In this document: piece after piece, positions 16,833 through 26,141 of the stretch | Position numbering within the stretch: the stretch's first letter is position 1 | How the letters are laid out: each line of letters opens with the position of its first letter | Source: a virus | Taxonomy: Duplodnaviria > Caudoviricetes | IMG/VR virus record: IMGVR_UViG_3300012016_000003 | Span: 1 to 64,000 of that record | Direction: 5' to 3' (one strand) | Length of the DNA stretch: 64,000 nucleotides | Translations under genes and position numbers: made by a program | Notes under the pieces: generated by a model | Seen by the model: the letters and a program-made list of their open reading frames with translations, nothing else | Told to the model about the DNA's origin: nothing | The model's database searches: none

Positions 16833-16858
16833 TGTTTAACAAATAAAAAAGAAAGACT

Positions 16859-17707
16859 ATGGCAAACGAAGTAGTAACCCAGAAAGCCTATGGCTTGAAG
16901 GCTTTCAATCAAACAATAACAAGTCCTAGTACACAAAAGTATCTTGCAGATGTCCTTGGCGAAAGGAAAGGCTCTTTTGTCAACAACATTACCGCACTTG
17001 TGGCTAACAATGCGCTGTTGCAAGACTGCGACCCATACACCATCATGTTCGCTGGAATGAAGGCAACGGCACTTAACCTCCCGCTTGACAATTCACTTGG
17101 CTTTGCCTATGTGTTGCCTTACAAGGACAACAAGCGTGGCATTACGGTTGCCCAGTTCCAACTTGGCTACAAGGGTGTAAAGCAACTTGCTTTAAGAAGC
17201 GGGCAGTTTTCAGTAATACCCAATGCAACCGATGTCCGTGAGGGCGAACTTGTATCAAGAAACCGACTTACTGGGGAATGCAAGTTCAACTTTGTTGATG
17301 ATGATGAGGAACGTGAGAAATTGCCCGTAATAGGCTATGTAAGCTATTTTAAGCTACTCAATGGTGCTGAAAGTACATTCTATATGTCCTTAAAGGAAAT
17401 GGAGGCACACGCATTGCGGTACTCACAAACCTATCGTTCATCCAATCCAAAGGTAAAGGCTGCATCCAAGTGGACTACCGATTTCGGGGATATGGCAAAG
17501 AAGACGGTTGTAAAGCTGAACCTTTCAAAGAACGCCCCGTTGAGTGTTGAGATGGCTGATGCAATGAAGGCAGACCAAAGTGTGATGTATAGTCAGGATG
17601 AATACTCCTATGTAGACAATGAACAACCAGAGGTTGACATGGCTGCTGCACAAGCCGTTGCCGAAAAGTTCAGCGACTTTGGAGAACCTCAAGATGAAAA
17701 TAAATAA
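16859..17707 (+). CDS. recT: RecT-family single-strand annealing protein
   Basis: LNLPLDNSLGFAYVLPY..AQFQLGYKG..MAKKTVVK. Confidence 0.92.
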   Translation: MANEVVTQKAYGLKAFNQTITSPSTQKYLADVLGERKGSFVNNITALVANNALLQDCDPYTIMFAGMKATALNLPLDNSLGFAYVLPYKDNKRGITVAQFQLGYKGVKQLALRSGQFSVIPNATDVREGELVSRNRLTGECKFNFVDDDEEREKLPVIGYVSYFKLLNGAESTFYMSLKEMEAHALRYSQTYRSSNPKVKAASKWTTDFGDMAKKTVVKLNLSKNAPLSVEMADAMKADQSVMYSQDEYSYVDNEQPEVDMAAAQAVAEKFSDFGEPQDENK

Positions 17708-17727
17708 CTTTAAAAACATTTAAGCGT

Positions 17728-17868
17728 ATGAGCGTAGATTTTATTGTTGGATTTATCCTTGGTGCTGGCATTACGGCACTTGGATTTAAGGGTAAGCTGG
17801 ATGGCTTCAAGGATTTGTTTGTAGAACTTTGGGAACGTATCAAAGGTAAGAAAGGAGGTGACAAATGA
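17728..17868 (+). CDS. Small membrane protein (46 aa, not in ORF track)
   Basis: MSVDFIVGFILGAGITALGFKGKLDG..; ATGA overlap with the next ORF. Confidence 0.6.
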   Translation: MSVDFIVGFILGAGITALGFKGKLDGFKDLFVELWERIKGKKGGDK

Positions 17869-18206
17869 CACTTTTTGCATTACCCTATTGGCTGGAGTGG
17901 CGATTAATTATAATCTTATTCGTTGGAGTCTTTTTAGCCGTGATATGGATTGACCAAGGTAGTTTGAGGATTATTCCAGAGTCTATTTGGGAGTTTATAA
18001 AGAGATTGTGGGATATGTTCTTCCACAATATCGAAGACCGTGAGGCTTATGATGCAAATGCCGAGCAGCGCAAGGCTGACGAGGAGTACAAGAAAGCCTT
18101 AAAGAACAAGAAAGGTTCAAAGGGTGGAAAGGCTGGCAATGAAACCGAAAGTGAAACAAACAAGGATAACAAGAAAGGAAATGAAGTTAGTGACCGACCT
18201 TATTGA
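17865..18206 (+). CDS. Membrane-anchored hypothetical protein
   Basis: N-terminal TM segment and K-rich tail. Confidence 0.65.
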   Translation: MTLFALPYWLEWRLIIILFVGVFLAVIWIDQGSLRIIPESIWEFIKRLWDMFFHNIEDREAYDANAEQRKADEEYKKALKNKKGSKGGKAGNETESETNKDNKKGNEVSDRPY

Positions 18207-18480
18207 AAAGCATGGGGTTGACAAGATGATGCACTTCTTTGTAGGTGCATTGATGGTGGCTATGGCATCCGTATTCGGTATCGTATTCTTTGGATATACT
18301 GGCTTTCTTGTAGCCACATTCCTTATGATACCAGTTGCCTATATAGTTGCCTATTTAAAGGAAAAACTTGATGATGGCTTTGACATTCTTGACATTAAGG
18401 CTACAATGCTTGGAGTCGGGGTTATAGTCATTTCAAATGTTTTCCTTTTTGGTGTTAATGCTATTATAAAGGGATTATGA
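18181..18480 (+). CDS. Membrane protein
   Basis: DKMMHFFVG..KEKLD..DIKATMLG; three TM segments; the internal ATG MKLVTD is the likely start. Confidence 0.7.
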   Translation: MKLVTDLIEKHGVDKMMHFFVGALMVAMASVFGIVFFGYTGFLVATFLMIPVAYIVAYLKEKLDDGFDILDIKATMLGVGVIVISNVFLFGVNAIIKGL

Positions 18481-19232
18481 TAGAAGAAGATATGGAGATT
18501 GTCGGTGGTATGGAAATAGCCACCGACATTAAGAAAAAAATAGAAACAAAAGGCATCCGCAGCCTATCCATTGAAAAAGCTCAGGAACTTGGGGTGTTCC
18601 AACGTATCGCAAATCTTATTTGTGTGGTGCATACAAGCATTATGGCTGCATTTCATGTGTATGGTAGGATAGAAACCATTATAGGGGAATTACAAGCCCG
18701 CAGAAACGAAATTGCAAGGGAAATGAACCTATTTGAAAAAGCCTATGAAAGATTTGTAAGGTTTTGGACTGGATATTATGCAGACAAAAGTTCAGCCGAT
18801 GATGTGGAACAGCAGACCGAGAACCTATATCACAAGATAATGGACTGGATGCAAGTTCCAGAGGAATGGCAGTTGGGTGGTGCGCAAAGAACCGAGCACA
18901 ACAAGGAACTGGCTATCAAGATAGAACAAGGCGAGAACTTCTACACCTTCTGCAAGTCTTGCGTAGACCAAGAAACATTGGATAGCCATGAAACATGGGG
19001 TGTTGTAAGGTACGATATAGAGAATGGTACGCAAAAGTGCATACACCCTGATATGGATAAGGCAAGTGCCTTGATGGTGGCAAAAAGACTTTCCGAGGAC
19101 AACCCCGAATACTTCTATTTTGCAAGTATCATCCGTGAGGTTACTGAAAAGCGAACCGAGGTTACTCCATACAAGGCTTTTCATGTAAACAAGACGATAG
19201 GAAAAGTAACTAACATAACAAAGAAGGAGTAG
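18477..19232 (+). CDS. Hypothetical protein
   Basis: 251-aa ORF. Confidence 0.8.
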   Translation: MIEEDMEIVGGMEIATDIKKKIETKGIRSLSIEKAQELGVFQRIANLICVVHTSIMAAFHVYGRIETIIGELQARRNEIAREMNLFEKAYERFVRFWTGYYADKSSADDVEQQTENLYHKIMDWMQVPEEWQLGGAQRTEHNKELAIKIEQGENFYTFCKSCVDQETLDSHETWGVVRYDIENGTQKCIHPDMDKASALMVAKRLSEDNPEYFYFASIIREVTEKRTEVTPYKAFHVNKTIGKVTNITKKE

Positions 19233-19238
19233 TGTGAT

Positions 19239-19481
19239 ATGTCCTTGAAAATAACTGGTGAGATGGCTTGGGTTGATGAACGTAGCATAGTCACACAAGC
19301 TGCCGTAAATGGAGTAAAGAAAGGCGCAAGGATAGAAAGGGAACGCATCGCTAATGGTTGGCGGTGGGTAAAAGTGGGGAAAAGAACCCAGATACTTATT
19401 CCTTGCGACAGTGAAGGAAACCCGACAAAGGATGGGTTGGAACGTATAGAAAGAATGAAAAAGACTTTAAGTGTTTATTAG
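19239..19481 (+). CDS. Hypothetical protein
   Basis: 80-aa ORF. Confidence 0.7.
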   Translation: MSLKITGEMAWVDERSIVTQAAVNGVKKGARIERERIANGWRWVKVGKRTQILIPCDSEGNPTKDGLERIERMKKTLSVY

Positions 19482-19483
19482 AT

Positions 19484-19714
19484 ATGGAACAGTTGGATAT
19501 TAAAAGAATAAAGCGTGTCCGTGACTTGTATGGCAAGATAGCCGAGGTATTGGGCAAGTGTGGGGAAAAGAACCAGATACTTGACACAATGATGGCTGAT
19601 GCAAGAGCTAGCAAGGCTTACTTGGAGGGATATTTGGATGAAGTGACCAAGAATGAGATTATCAGGAAATACGGCAATGTGCAAGGAATTGTAGACACCT
19701 TGCCTAATGATTAG
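19484..19714 (+). CDS. Hypothetical protein
   Basis: 76-aa ORF. Confidence 0.7.
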   Translation: MEQLDIKRIKRVRDLYGKIAEVLGKCGEKNQILDTMMADARASKAYLEGYLDEVTKNEIIRKYGNVQGIVDTLPND

Positions 19715-19723
19715 AATTTAACT

Positions 19724-19930
19724 ATGCCAAAGGTAAAAGTTGATTTCGATGTGATGATTAACAATGGCGAAACCTATTACGGAACTATCCGTGGAATGGT
19801 GGAAGGTAGTTGGAAAATTCTTGATGGCGAACTAAAGAATGTTCTCACAACCGAGGATATATGTAACATCGTCCTTAAAAAGTTTCCTACATTAGAGGGG
19901 CGTGAATGGAACGTTGCATTCAATAAATAA
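19724..19930 (+). CDS. Hypothetical protein
   Basis: 68-aa ORF. Confidence 0.7.
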   Translation: MPKVKVDFDVMINNGETYYGTIRGMVEGSWKILDGELKNVLTTEDICNIVLKKFPTLEGREWNVAFNK

Positions 19931-19932
19931 CT

Positions 19933-20217
19933 ATGAAATACATCGATAAGATAGACTATGAATGGCATTCGGTAACGGAAGCGATGCCAACAATGACCGC
20001 CTATGTAGAATTGCTAGGCAAGGATGGAACAATTTACAAGGGAGAGATTGTTGTTGAGATGTCTGGTTTCTACGTCTATGACTATGTTAATACGGGTTGG
20101 GGTAGTTTTGATTATTACACTCATTGGAGATTTGACAAGGAAAAGAACCATTATTGGGAAGAACAAGTGAACTATGGAAGAGAATATAACAATGGAAGAA
20201 AGGCCAGTAAACAATGA
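19933..20217 (+). CDS. Hypothetical protein (DUF551-like)
   Basis: WHSVTEAMP..THWR pattern. Confidence 0.6.
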   Translation: MKYIDKIDYEWHSVTEAMPTMTAYVELLGKDGTIYKGEIVVEMSGFYVYDYVNTGWGSFDYYTHWRFDKEKNHYWEEQVNYGREYNNGRKASKQ

Positions 20218-20476
20218 ATTGGCTAAGTTTTCTACCGAGGCATTGCGGTATGAACTTAAACGAAGAAATGAGGCTGAAAAGGCTAAAAGGGAATTGGAAC
20301 GTAATACTGCACTTAGGTGTAGGAATTGCGTTCATTGTGAGGAAAAGACTGTTAGCGGTTTTCACACTTTCTATCAATGTGCCGTTAGAACTTATACAAG
20401 GAAAAAGGTAGAGTGGCATTATGTTGTTACCCCATCCCAAAAGGCTTGTGAACTTTTTGAACTTAAAAATCGGTAA
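20174..20476 (+). CDS. Zn-binding hypothetical protein
   Basis: CRNCVHC..C..ACELFE. Confidence 0.7.
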   Translation: MEENITMEERPVNNELAKFSTEALRYELKRRNEAEKAKRELERNTALRCRNCVHCEEKTVSGFHTFYQCAVRTYTRKKVEWHYVVTPSQKACELFELKNR

Positions 20477-20478
20477 CT

Positions 20479-20853
20479 ATGGAAGAACTTATTAGAAGAA
20501 ACATATCGGGTATTTACATCTTTGACAAGTTTCCCGATGAGGATAAAAGGCAACCCACTTGCATTGAGGATTGCCAGCAAGAAACAAGAAGAAAGTGGTG
20601 CATGGGTGTTGATGAAACTGCACTCCGTAACACTATAGAAAAGTTGGCAGAATCATTCAAGGAATTATGTAATTTTCTTGTAGATGAAAAATGCGTAAGT
20701 ACTGGTACAAGGGATGAGTTCTTTGAAATGATTGATAGAAATGTGAAAAAATCCAAGTGGAAGTGGGCTAAGAATGAACTTCCCGACCAAGTGGATTTCT
20801 TTTGTGAGAAGATACGGCTACTTGCCGATGCTTGTAATGTAAGAAAAGAATAA
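20479..20853 (+). CDS. Hypothetical protein
   Basis: RRNISGIYIF..PTCIEDC motif. Confidence 0.75.
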   Translation: MEELIRRNISGIYIFDKFPDEDKRQPTCIEDCQQETRRKWCMGVDETALRNTIEKLAESFKELCNFLVDEKCVSTGTRDEFFEMIDRNVKKSKWKWAKNELPDQVDFFCEKIRLLADACNVRKE

Positions 20854-20864
20854 TCTAAATAACT

Positions 20865-22043
20865 ATGAAAGCGAAAATAAAGAAAACTGGAGAAATTGTT
20901 AATGTGTCTTGTATGATGGCAGATTATGGGCGAAGCCAACAAGATATGTTTGATATATATATAGAAGCAACATTTTTAAATGCCCGAACATTTACAAAAG
21001 ATGAACTTGAATTTATTTCAATGGAAGATGAACATTGGCAAGATATTCGTGAAAAAGCAATTATTGCAGCATTACAAGGCGCAGTTTCTAGAAGCCATTG
21101 TATTGAACATTGTGTAAAATTTGCAGTTGATTGCGCAGATGCTCTTATTGAAAAACTTAAAAAGCAAGACGCAATAAAGGATGGTAATTCCATTGACCCA
21201 CACTTCGGGAAGCCTATTACAACTACTGAAACAAAATACCCAAAGTTCAAGATTGGAGATTGGGTTGTTGATGAAGAAGATAACCATGTGTACCAAGTAA
21301 AACGTGTTGTTACAAATGTTTCAAATGGATTATCCTCATACGATTTGACTGATAATGGGTATTTTTATTCCACAAAAACTAATTACCATCTTTGGTGCAT
21401 TGAAGATGCAAAGGATGGTGATGTTTTAGATGCAAATGGTGCTCCTTTTATATATAAAAAGCACGATAAAGATTATGTATATTGCTACTGCGGTGTTAAT
21501 TTGGCAGATGAATTTATAGAGGCAAATGGGATTGATACTTGGAATAATAACAACAAAGTTTATCCTGCCACAAAAGAACAGCGTGATACTCTATTTGCAA
21601 AAATAAAGGAAGCAGGTTATGAGTGGGATGCTGAGAAGAAAGAACTGAAGGAAATAGAAATTAACCCTGATGACCTTATTGAAGAAAGCTATCAGCAACA
21701 AGCAGATGACCTTATTGATATAGTCACAGAAAAGTCTACTTGGAGTGAAGATGATGAGAGGGAAAGAAAACGAATTATTGGTCTTCTTGAAGGATGGTTG
21801 TCCACATTCAAAGAAACGTGTTATGCCGAAGATTGTAAATGTGGTATTGTATGGCTAAAATCCATCAAAGACCGTGTTCAACCTCAGCCAAAGCAAGACA
21901 GTAAGTGGAAATGGGAAGAAGAGGATGAAAAATTTTTTAGAGAAAACATCTTGATAGGACTTGGCAACATAGATGATGTTAATCCAGAACTTTATAGTAA
22001 AATTATTGATTGGATTAGTTTAATCAAACGAAGGCTATCATGA
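20865..22043 (+). CDS. Mosaic modular hypothetical protein of Prevotella-type phages
   Basis: Recurrent modules KFKIGDW, HLWCIEDAKDGDVL, PATKEQRDTLF, WSEDDE. Confidence 0.8.
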   Translation: MKAKIKKTGEIVNVSCMMADYGRSQQDMFDIYIEATFLNARTFTKDELEFISMEDEHWQDIREKAIIAALQGAVSRSHCIEHCVKFAVDCADALIEKLKKQDAIKDGNSIDPHFGKPITTTETKYPKFKIGDWVVDEEDNHVYQVKRVVTNVSNGLSSYDLTDNGYFYSTKTNYHLWCIEDAKDGDVLDANGAPFIYKKHDKDYVYCYCGVNLADEFIEANGIDTWNNNNKVYPATKEQRDTLFAKIKEAGYEWDAEKKELKEIEINPDDLIEESYQQQADDLIDIVTEKSTWSEDDERERKRIIGLLEGWLSTFKETCYAEDCKCGIVWLKSIKDRVQPQPKQDSKWKWEEEDEKFFRENILIGLGNIDDVNPELYSKIIDWISLIKRRLS

Positions 22044-22210
22044 AACTAAGATTAGAAATCATTTGGCAATCGCCAAACAAGACATGGCATCTTCTGCCCA
22101 CTGTATGCTTTACTTGGTATGGAAGGAATTCCTATCTTGTGTATCCATCATGGAGTATGGATATAATATGGCTAAAACTATATATAACCATTTCACATAT
22201 TAAGAGATGA
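22040..22210 (+). CDS. Small hypothetical protein (56 aa, not in ORF track)
   Basis: Fills the gap with ATGA overlaps at both ends. Confidence 0.55.
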   Translation: MKLRLEIIWQSPNKTWHLLPTVCFTWYGRNSYLVYPSWSMDIIWLKLYITISHIKR

Positions 22211-22422
22211 CACGCAAAGAAAAGATTATCGCAACCGCCTATACGGGAATCATGTTCATTGATGGAAGTGAGTTAGGCGAATTATACAAATATGAGGAAG
22301 AGAAAATTGGGCATACCGTCATAGACATTATGCACGCCGATGAATCTTTCGTCAAAAAACTAAAGGATGCGGTAAAGAGTGATTTTATTGAAATGCTGAA
22401 AGGCAAATACAAGGAGGAATAA
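22207..22422 (+). CDS. Hypothetical protein
   Basis: MTRKEKIIATAYTGIMF. Confidence 0.7.
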   Translation: MTRKEKIIATAYTGIMFIDGSELGELYKYEEEKIGHTVIDIMHADESFVKKLKDAVKSDFIEMLKGKYKEE

Positions 22423-22423
22423 T

Positions 22424-22717
22424 ATGGAACTGATAGACAAAGTTGCAATAGTGGCAGAGATTGAAAAAAGGATGCAAGAACTACATCCAACTGACACACA
22501 TAAGATGCAAACTGGAGAAAAGATAGATAGGGATGTACTTATGTGGTTAAATGCGCTAACTTGGGTTAAAGATGTTCTCAATTCTATCGAAACAAAAGAG
22601 GTGGACTTGCAAAGCGAAGTTTCTAAATGGCTTAGGAACAATGAAAATGTAATTCACATGGAATTTGCAAGACATTTCTTCAATCTTGGACTCAAAGCAA
22701 AGGAGGGTAAGAAATGA
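22424..22717 (+). CDS. Hypothetical protein
   Basis: 97-aa ORF. Confidence 0.7.
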   Translation: MELIDKVAIVAEIEKRMQELHPTDTHKMQTGEKIDRDVLMWLNALTWVKDVLNSIETKEVDLQSEVSKWLRNNENVIHMEFARHFFNLGLKAKEGKK

Positions 22718-22914
22718 AGAGGGATGAACTTATTGCTCATTGGAAGGAAATAGCCAAAGCGGTGTTTGTAGCCGAAGCGAATATCATTGACAAGTGGAAG
22801 CCAAGACTTCGCAATGCAAAGGCTAATGGTGACGAAAGTGTTGCCGATGAATATCTTGAGGCAATAGCCAAGGAGATAATTGGCAATAGCAATGTAAACG
22901 AAAAGGAGGAATAG
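22714..22914 (+). CDS. Hypothetical protein
   Basis: 66-aa ORF. Confidence 0.65.
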   Translation: MKRDELIAHWKEIAKAVFVAEANIIDKWKPRLRNAKANGDESVADEYLEAIAKEIIGNSNVNEKEE

Positions 22915-22916
22915 AA

Positions 22917-23120
22917 ATGAAATTTACAGTAACAAGAACAAGCGACAGTCAGGCAAAGCCTTGTGATGAAGCTTCCATTGAAGGTATGGATATGTGGAAT
23001 GAGCCTATCTACTGGGTTGAAATCAATACACTTGAAGAACTGATGGCATTCATAGCTAAGTATGGTAGGATAGTCCTATATGATGGAAAGATTGAAATCT
23101 ATGATGATTATAGAGAATAA
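22917..23120 (+). CDS. Hypothetical protein
   Basis: VEINTLEELM..IEIYDDYRE. Confidence 0.75.
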   Translation: MKFTVTRTSDSQAKPCDEASIEGMDMWNEPIYWVEINTLEELMAFIAKYGRIVLYDGKIEIYDDYRE

Positions 23121-23130
23121 GGATTGAGAA

Positions 23131-23289
23131 ATGAATAAGACTTGTAGGACTTGTTCAAACCGCCAACGATGGGAATGTGGTGGTAGGGTTATACAATACT
23201 GTGGCGTACGCAAGAGCAAGCGGACATTTAACCGATTACTAAAAATCAAAGTTACTAACCAAGCTTGTGAATTATATAAGGAGGAATAG
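23131..23289 (+). CDS. Small Cys-rich protein (52 aa, not in ORF track)
   Basis: MNKTCRTC..C..QYC..KIK..ACELY. Confidence 0.65.
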   Translation: MNKTCRTCSNRQRWECGGRVIQYCGVRKSKRTFNRLLKIKVTNQACELYKEE

Positions 23290-23292
23290 ACT

Positions 23293-23523
23293 ATGGAAAT
23301 AATTGACAAAGCGACTCTTAAAATGGCAAAGGAAAAGGCAATAAATGCCTTTAATTCGCTCCCTTACGAAACAAGAAGTGTACTTGCAAACGGCTATGAA
23401 AGATTGATAGAGGTGGAACTTTTGCTAAGCAAAGGTGATAATCTTTCCATTGCTTATATAAAGAAAAGAAAACAAGAACTTGAACAATGGTTATTGGAAT
23501 GGTATAACGATAATAAAGAATAA
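23293..23523 (+). CDS. Hypothetical protein
   Basis: 76-aa ORF. Confidence 0.65.
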   Translation: MEIIDKATLKMAKEKAINAFNSLPYETRSVLANGYERLIEVELLLSKGDNLSIAYIKKRKQELEQWLLEWYNDNKE

Positions 23524-23527
23524 GAAT

Positions 23528-23806
23528 ATGGCACAAATAGCTTATAAAATTGAAATTAGAAAACCAGCAATAAAAGTTGCATCCGAATTATTACTAAAGA
23601 TGTATCATGATGATAACGATGCTGAGGCAATGGAATTAATGGGGCTTATACTCACCGCAGCAGCCGATGAGAATGCAGATTTTTTCCTTTCAGCTTTAGA
23701 CGAGGTTGTAAATTTTTGCAATGAATTAAAGCAAGATATAATTGATGAAAGTAAAAAAGTAGACTATGACACTCGAAGAATTTACGAAAATACCATTCCA
23801 CTTTGA
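23528..23806 (+). CDS. Hypothetical protein
   Basis: ORF 23480..23806; likely start MAQIAYK. Confidence 0.65.
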   Translation: MAQIAYKIEIRKPAIKVASELLLKMYHDDNDAEAMELMGLILTAAADENADFFLSALDEVVNFCNELKQDIIDESKKVDYDTRRIYENTIPL

Positions 23807-23970
23807 ATGCCACCTATGCAAGTGATGATGGTCGGATTAAAATATGCGACCATGTTCCTTACAAAGATGGAGAACCAAAAGGCAAGTCATATAGGCATTA
23901 TATGCTTGATGGAAAGGTGTTTAAAAAGTGGGATAAGTTTGTTGAGGCATTAAAGGATTTTAAAATTTAA
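23766..23970 (+). pseudogene. Frameshifted small gene
   Basis: MTLEEFTKIPFHFECH in one frame; TYASDDGRIKICDHVPYKDG..FVEALKDFKI* continues in another; span of 205 nt is not a multiple of 3. Confidence 0.5.
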
Positions 23971-23983
23971 AATAGAAAACATT

Positions 23984-24274
23984 ATGGAGTGTAAAGTAAG
24001 AAAGTACGTTAAGAAACCCGTAGTAATTGAGGCAATACAGTGGGATGGCTTGAACTGGCAAGACATCACAAACTTTGCTGGCAATGCCGTGAAATTTGAA
24101 GAAGTGGTAGTACCAATATCCGAAAGTGCAAATGCCAGTCGTGTGGATTTAATCATTCATACTCTTGAAGGGGACATGACGGCAAGAAGAGGCGATTATA
24201 TCATCAAAGGTGTAAAGGGCGAGTTCTATCCTTGCAAGGCTGATATATTCGATGAAACATATCACGAGGTCTAA
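23984..24274 (+). CDS. Conserved phage protein (KKPVVIEAIQW..GDYII family)
   Basis: YVKKPVVIEAIQWDG..TLEGDM..GDYIIKGVKGEFYPCKADIF. Confidence 0.85.
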   Translation: MECKVRKYVKKPVVIEAIQWDGLNWQDITNFAGNAVKFEEVVVPISESANASRVDLIIHTLEGDMTARRGDYIIKGVKGEFYPCKADIFDETYHEV

Positions 24275-24276
24275 AA

Positions 24277-24471
24277 ATGACAAGAGAACAATTTGAAGAA
24301 CTAAAGGTGGGTGACAAGGTTATCCATGCTTTCGGAGGTATAGGTGTAGTCACCGAAAAGAGTGATAATGGATATGTAGTCAAAGACAAAGGATTTGATG
24401 CTGGAGATGGTATGTGCGAGGTTTCATTTGCATGGAATGAAGGCGAACCGATAAAAGATAAACAACAATGA
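24277..24471 (+). CDS. Small SH3/KOW-like protein
   Basis: LKVGDKVIHAFGGIGVV. Confidence 0.6.
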   Translation: MTREQFEELKVGDKVIHAFGGIGVVTEKSDNGYVVKDKGFDAGDGMCEVSFAWNEGEPIKDKQQ

Positions 24472-24908
24472 AAACAAAAATCTTTGAATTTAACCCAATA
24501 ATATATCCAAGAAAACTTTGGATTACCTATGAGGCTACAAATGATGAGTTGAACGAAATGTTTCCATCGGGAGATGACGGAGGAAATAGGTTCAAGGATG
24601 AGCAAGGGTATTACGGAATAACATACCGAACGGCGGACAAGAACAATCTTGGAGGTGTTCTTATAAGGTTCGAGAACAACAAGGAAGCCATGTCGCCTTG
24701 GAACATAACACACGAAGCCATCCATGCCGCTGGCGCAATATGCAAGTATGTAGGAATAGAACCAGACTTTGAAAATGACGAGGCATTCACATACCTTGCC
24801 ACATGGATTGCAAAATGTTGTTGTGAGGTAAAAGACAACCATGTGGGAAATGATGACATTGATTATGATATGCTTGTAAAAGAAAAGAAAGTTGAAAGAC
24901 TATGCTGA
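24468..24908 (+). CDS. HEXXH metalloprotein-like protein
   Basis: ITHEAIHAA..EAFTYL. Confidence 0.7.
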   Translation: MKTKIFEFNPIIYPRKLWITYEATNDELNEMFPSGDDGGNRFKDEQGYYGITYRTADKNNLGGVLIRFENNKEAMSPWNITHEAIHAAGAICKYVGIEPDFENDEAFTYLATWIAKCCCEVKDNHVGNDDIDYDMLVKEKKVERLC

Positions 24909-25099
24909 CAAAACAAGACCTTGACGAATACACAAAGCCTAAACCAAAGGGCGAGGGGTTTGATGACAATGATACCAGTGGAAGATACATTTGCTACAAC
25001 TGTGTGTTTATGAACACAAGCCATAGCGAAATGGAATGGTGTGAAAATGATTCTTGCCGAAACCATGACAAGTTTGTGGAAAGGAAATACAAGAAATAG
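24902..25099 (+). CDS. Small Cys-containing protein
   Basis: CYNCVF..C..C..H. Confidence 0.6.
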   Translation: MLTKQDLDEYTKPKPKGEGFDDNDTSGRYICYNCVFMNTSHSEMEWCENDSCRNHDKFVERKYKK

Positions 25100-25199
25100 G
25101 CTATGGAAAGGAAAGACCGCCCGATTATTGTCAAACAATAATAGTGTTAGTTTAGTTTCAAAGGCGGTCTTCCCCATACCTACACAAAGCATAAAGGTT

Positions 25200-25385
25200 A
25201 TGCCATACAAAGACATAGAAAAAAGAAAGCAATGGGCGCATGAATACATCCGTAGGACTGATATTAAAATCAGGCGTTCTGCGATGAAAAACAAGAAATA
25301 TGCCGAGGATGAGGAATACCGTGAAAAGATAAAGAAAACGGCACGGGAATGGCAACGAAAGAAAAGACAAGAAAAAAAGATGTAG
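25200..25385 (+). CDS. Small basic helical protein
   Basis: MPYKDIEKRKQW.. within ORF 25041..25385. Confidence 0.55.
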   Translation: MPYKDIEKRKQWAHEYIRRTDIKIRRSAMKNKKYAEDEEYREKIKKTAREWQRKKRQEKKM

Positions 25386-25509
25386 GGTTGGTGTAAGTGG
25401 TTGCATAGGCAGCAAGAAAGAGTTGTGGTGACTGCGCATATATCCACGTAAAGAAATCCTCTTTGGTAAGTCTGCAAGGAGTGGGGTTCAAATCCCCATA
25501 CCCTACCCA
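25382..25509 (+). ncRNA. tRNA-like RNA with a ~50-nt insertion in the anticodon arm
   Basis: Acceptor GTAGGGT/ACCCTAC, D-arm TGTA/TGCA, T-arm TGGGG-TTCAAAT-CCCCA, CCA at 25507-25509; 59 nt between GCAG and CTGC. Confidence 0.65.
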
Positions 25510-25534
25510 AAATGTGTTAAATGACTTTATTTGT

Positions 25535-25565
25535 TTTGCATATTTAAAAAATGTTGGTATATTTG
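25535..25565 (+). promoter_or_regulatory. Bacteroidota promoter
   Basis: TTTGCATA..TATATTTG. Confidence 0.75.
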
Positions 25566-25596
25566 CAAATGTTTACAAACTTAAACAATTAAGATT

Positions 25597-26127
25597 ATGG
25601 TTATTTTTGAAAAAGAAGTGCTGGCATACCTTAATCTGCCAAGCATACCTAAGAAAGAATGGGATGGCAAGAGCGCATTCGACAATGGTGTTGCAGTTGT
25701 TTCTTTGATGACTGGGCACAAGGGATATGCCGTGGCTTCCTACAATCCAGAAAAAGGCGACATTAAGCCAAGAATAAAGAAAGTGTTTGGTAGCGAACCT
25801 TTCAGTGATGTTGAGAAGGTCTACCTAGTTCCCAACTATATGGAAACCGACATGACTGATGCAGACCTTGATGCCGAGTCAAAGAAAAAGGCTAATGAAA
25901 TAATCAATGAGGCTGCGGAGATAGAGAACGAGGGAGTTGAACTTGAAACCCCTACGATGCCAGAAAATGAGTATCTCTTTGACTTTTTGCATAGTGATGA
26001 AGAAGCTATGGCATTCATCGAGGCTTACAACAAGAAAAACAAGATTAATGCTCGTGTTCCACAAAAGCATGATTCCATACTTATGCGTTTGGCGGTTATC
26101 TATGCAGATGAAAACAAGAAAAAATAA
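25597..26127 (+). CDS. Hypothetical protein
   Basis: 176-aa ORF. Confidence 0.8.
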   Translation: MVIFEKEVLAYLNLPSIPKKEWDGKSAFDNGVAVVSLMTGHKGYAVASYNPEKGDIKPRIKKVFGSEPFSDVEKVYLVPNYMETDMTDADLDAESKKKANEIINEAAEIENEGVELETPTMPENEYLFDFLHSDEEAMAFIEAYNKKNKINARVPQKHDSILMRLAVIYADENKKK

Positions 26128-26141
26128 AGCATCATACCATT

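Noticed and set aside
25382-25509. tmRNA
   Set aside because: It has a D-stem, lacks G3-U70 and is far too short; the internal 8-codon frame (VVTAHIST*) is not tag-like.
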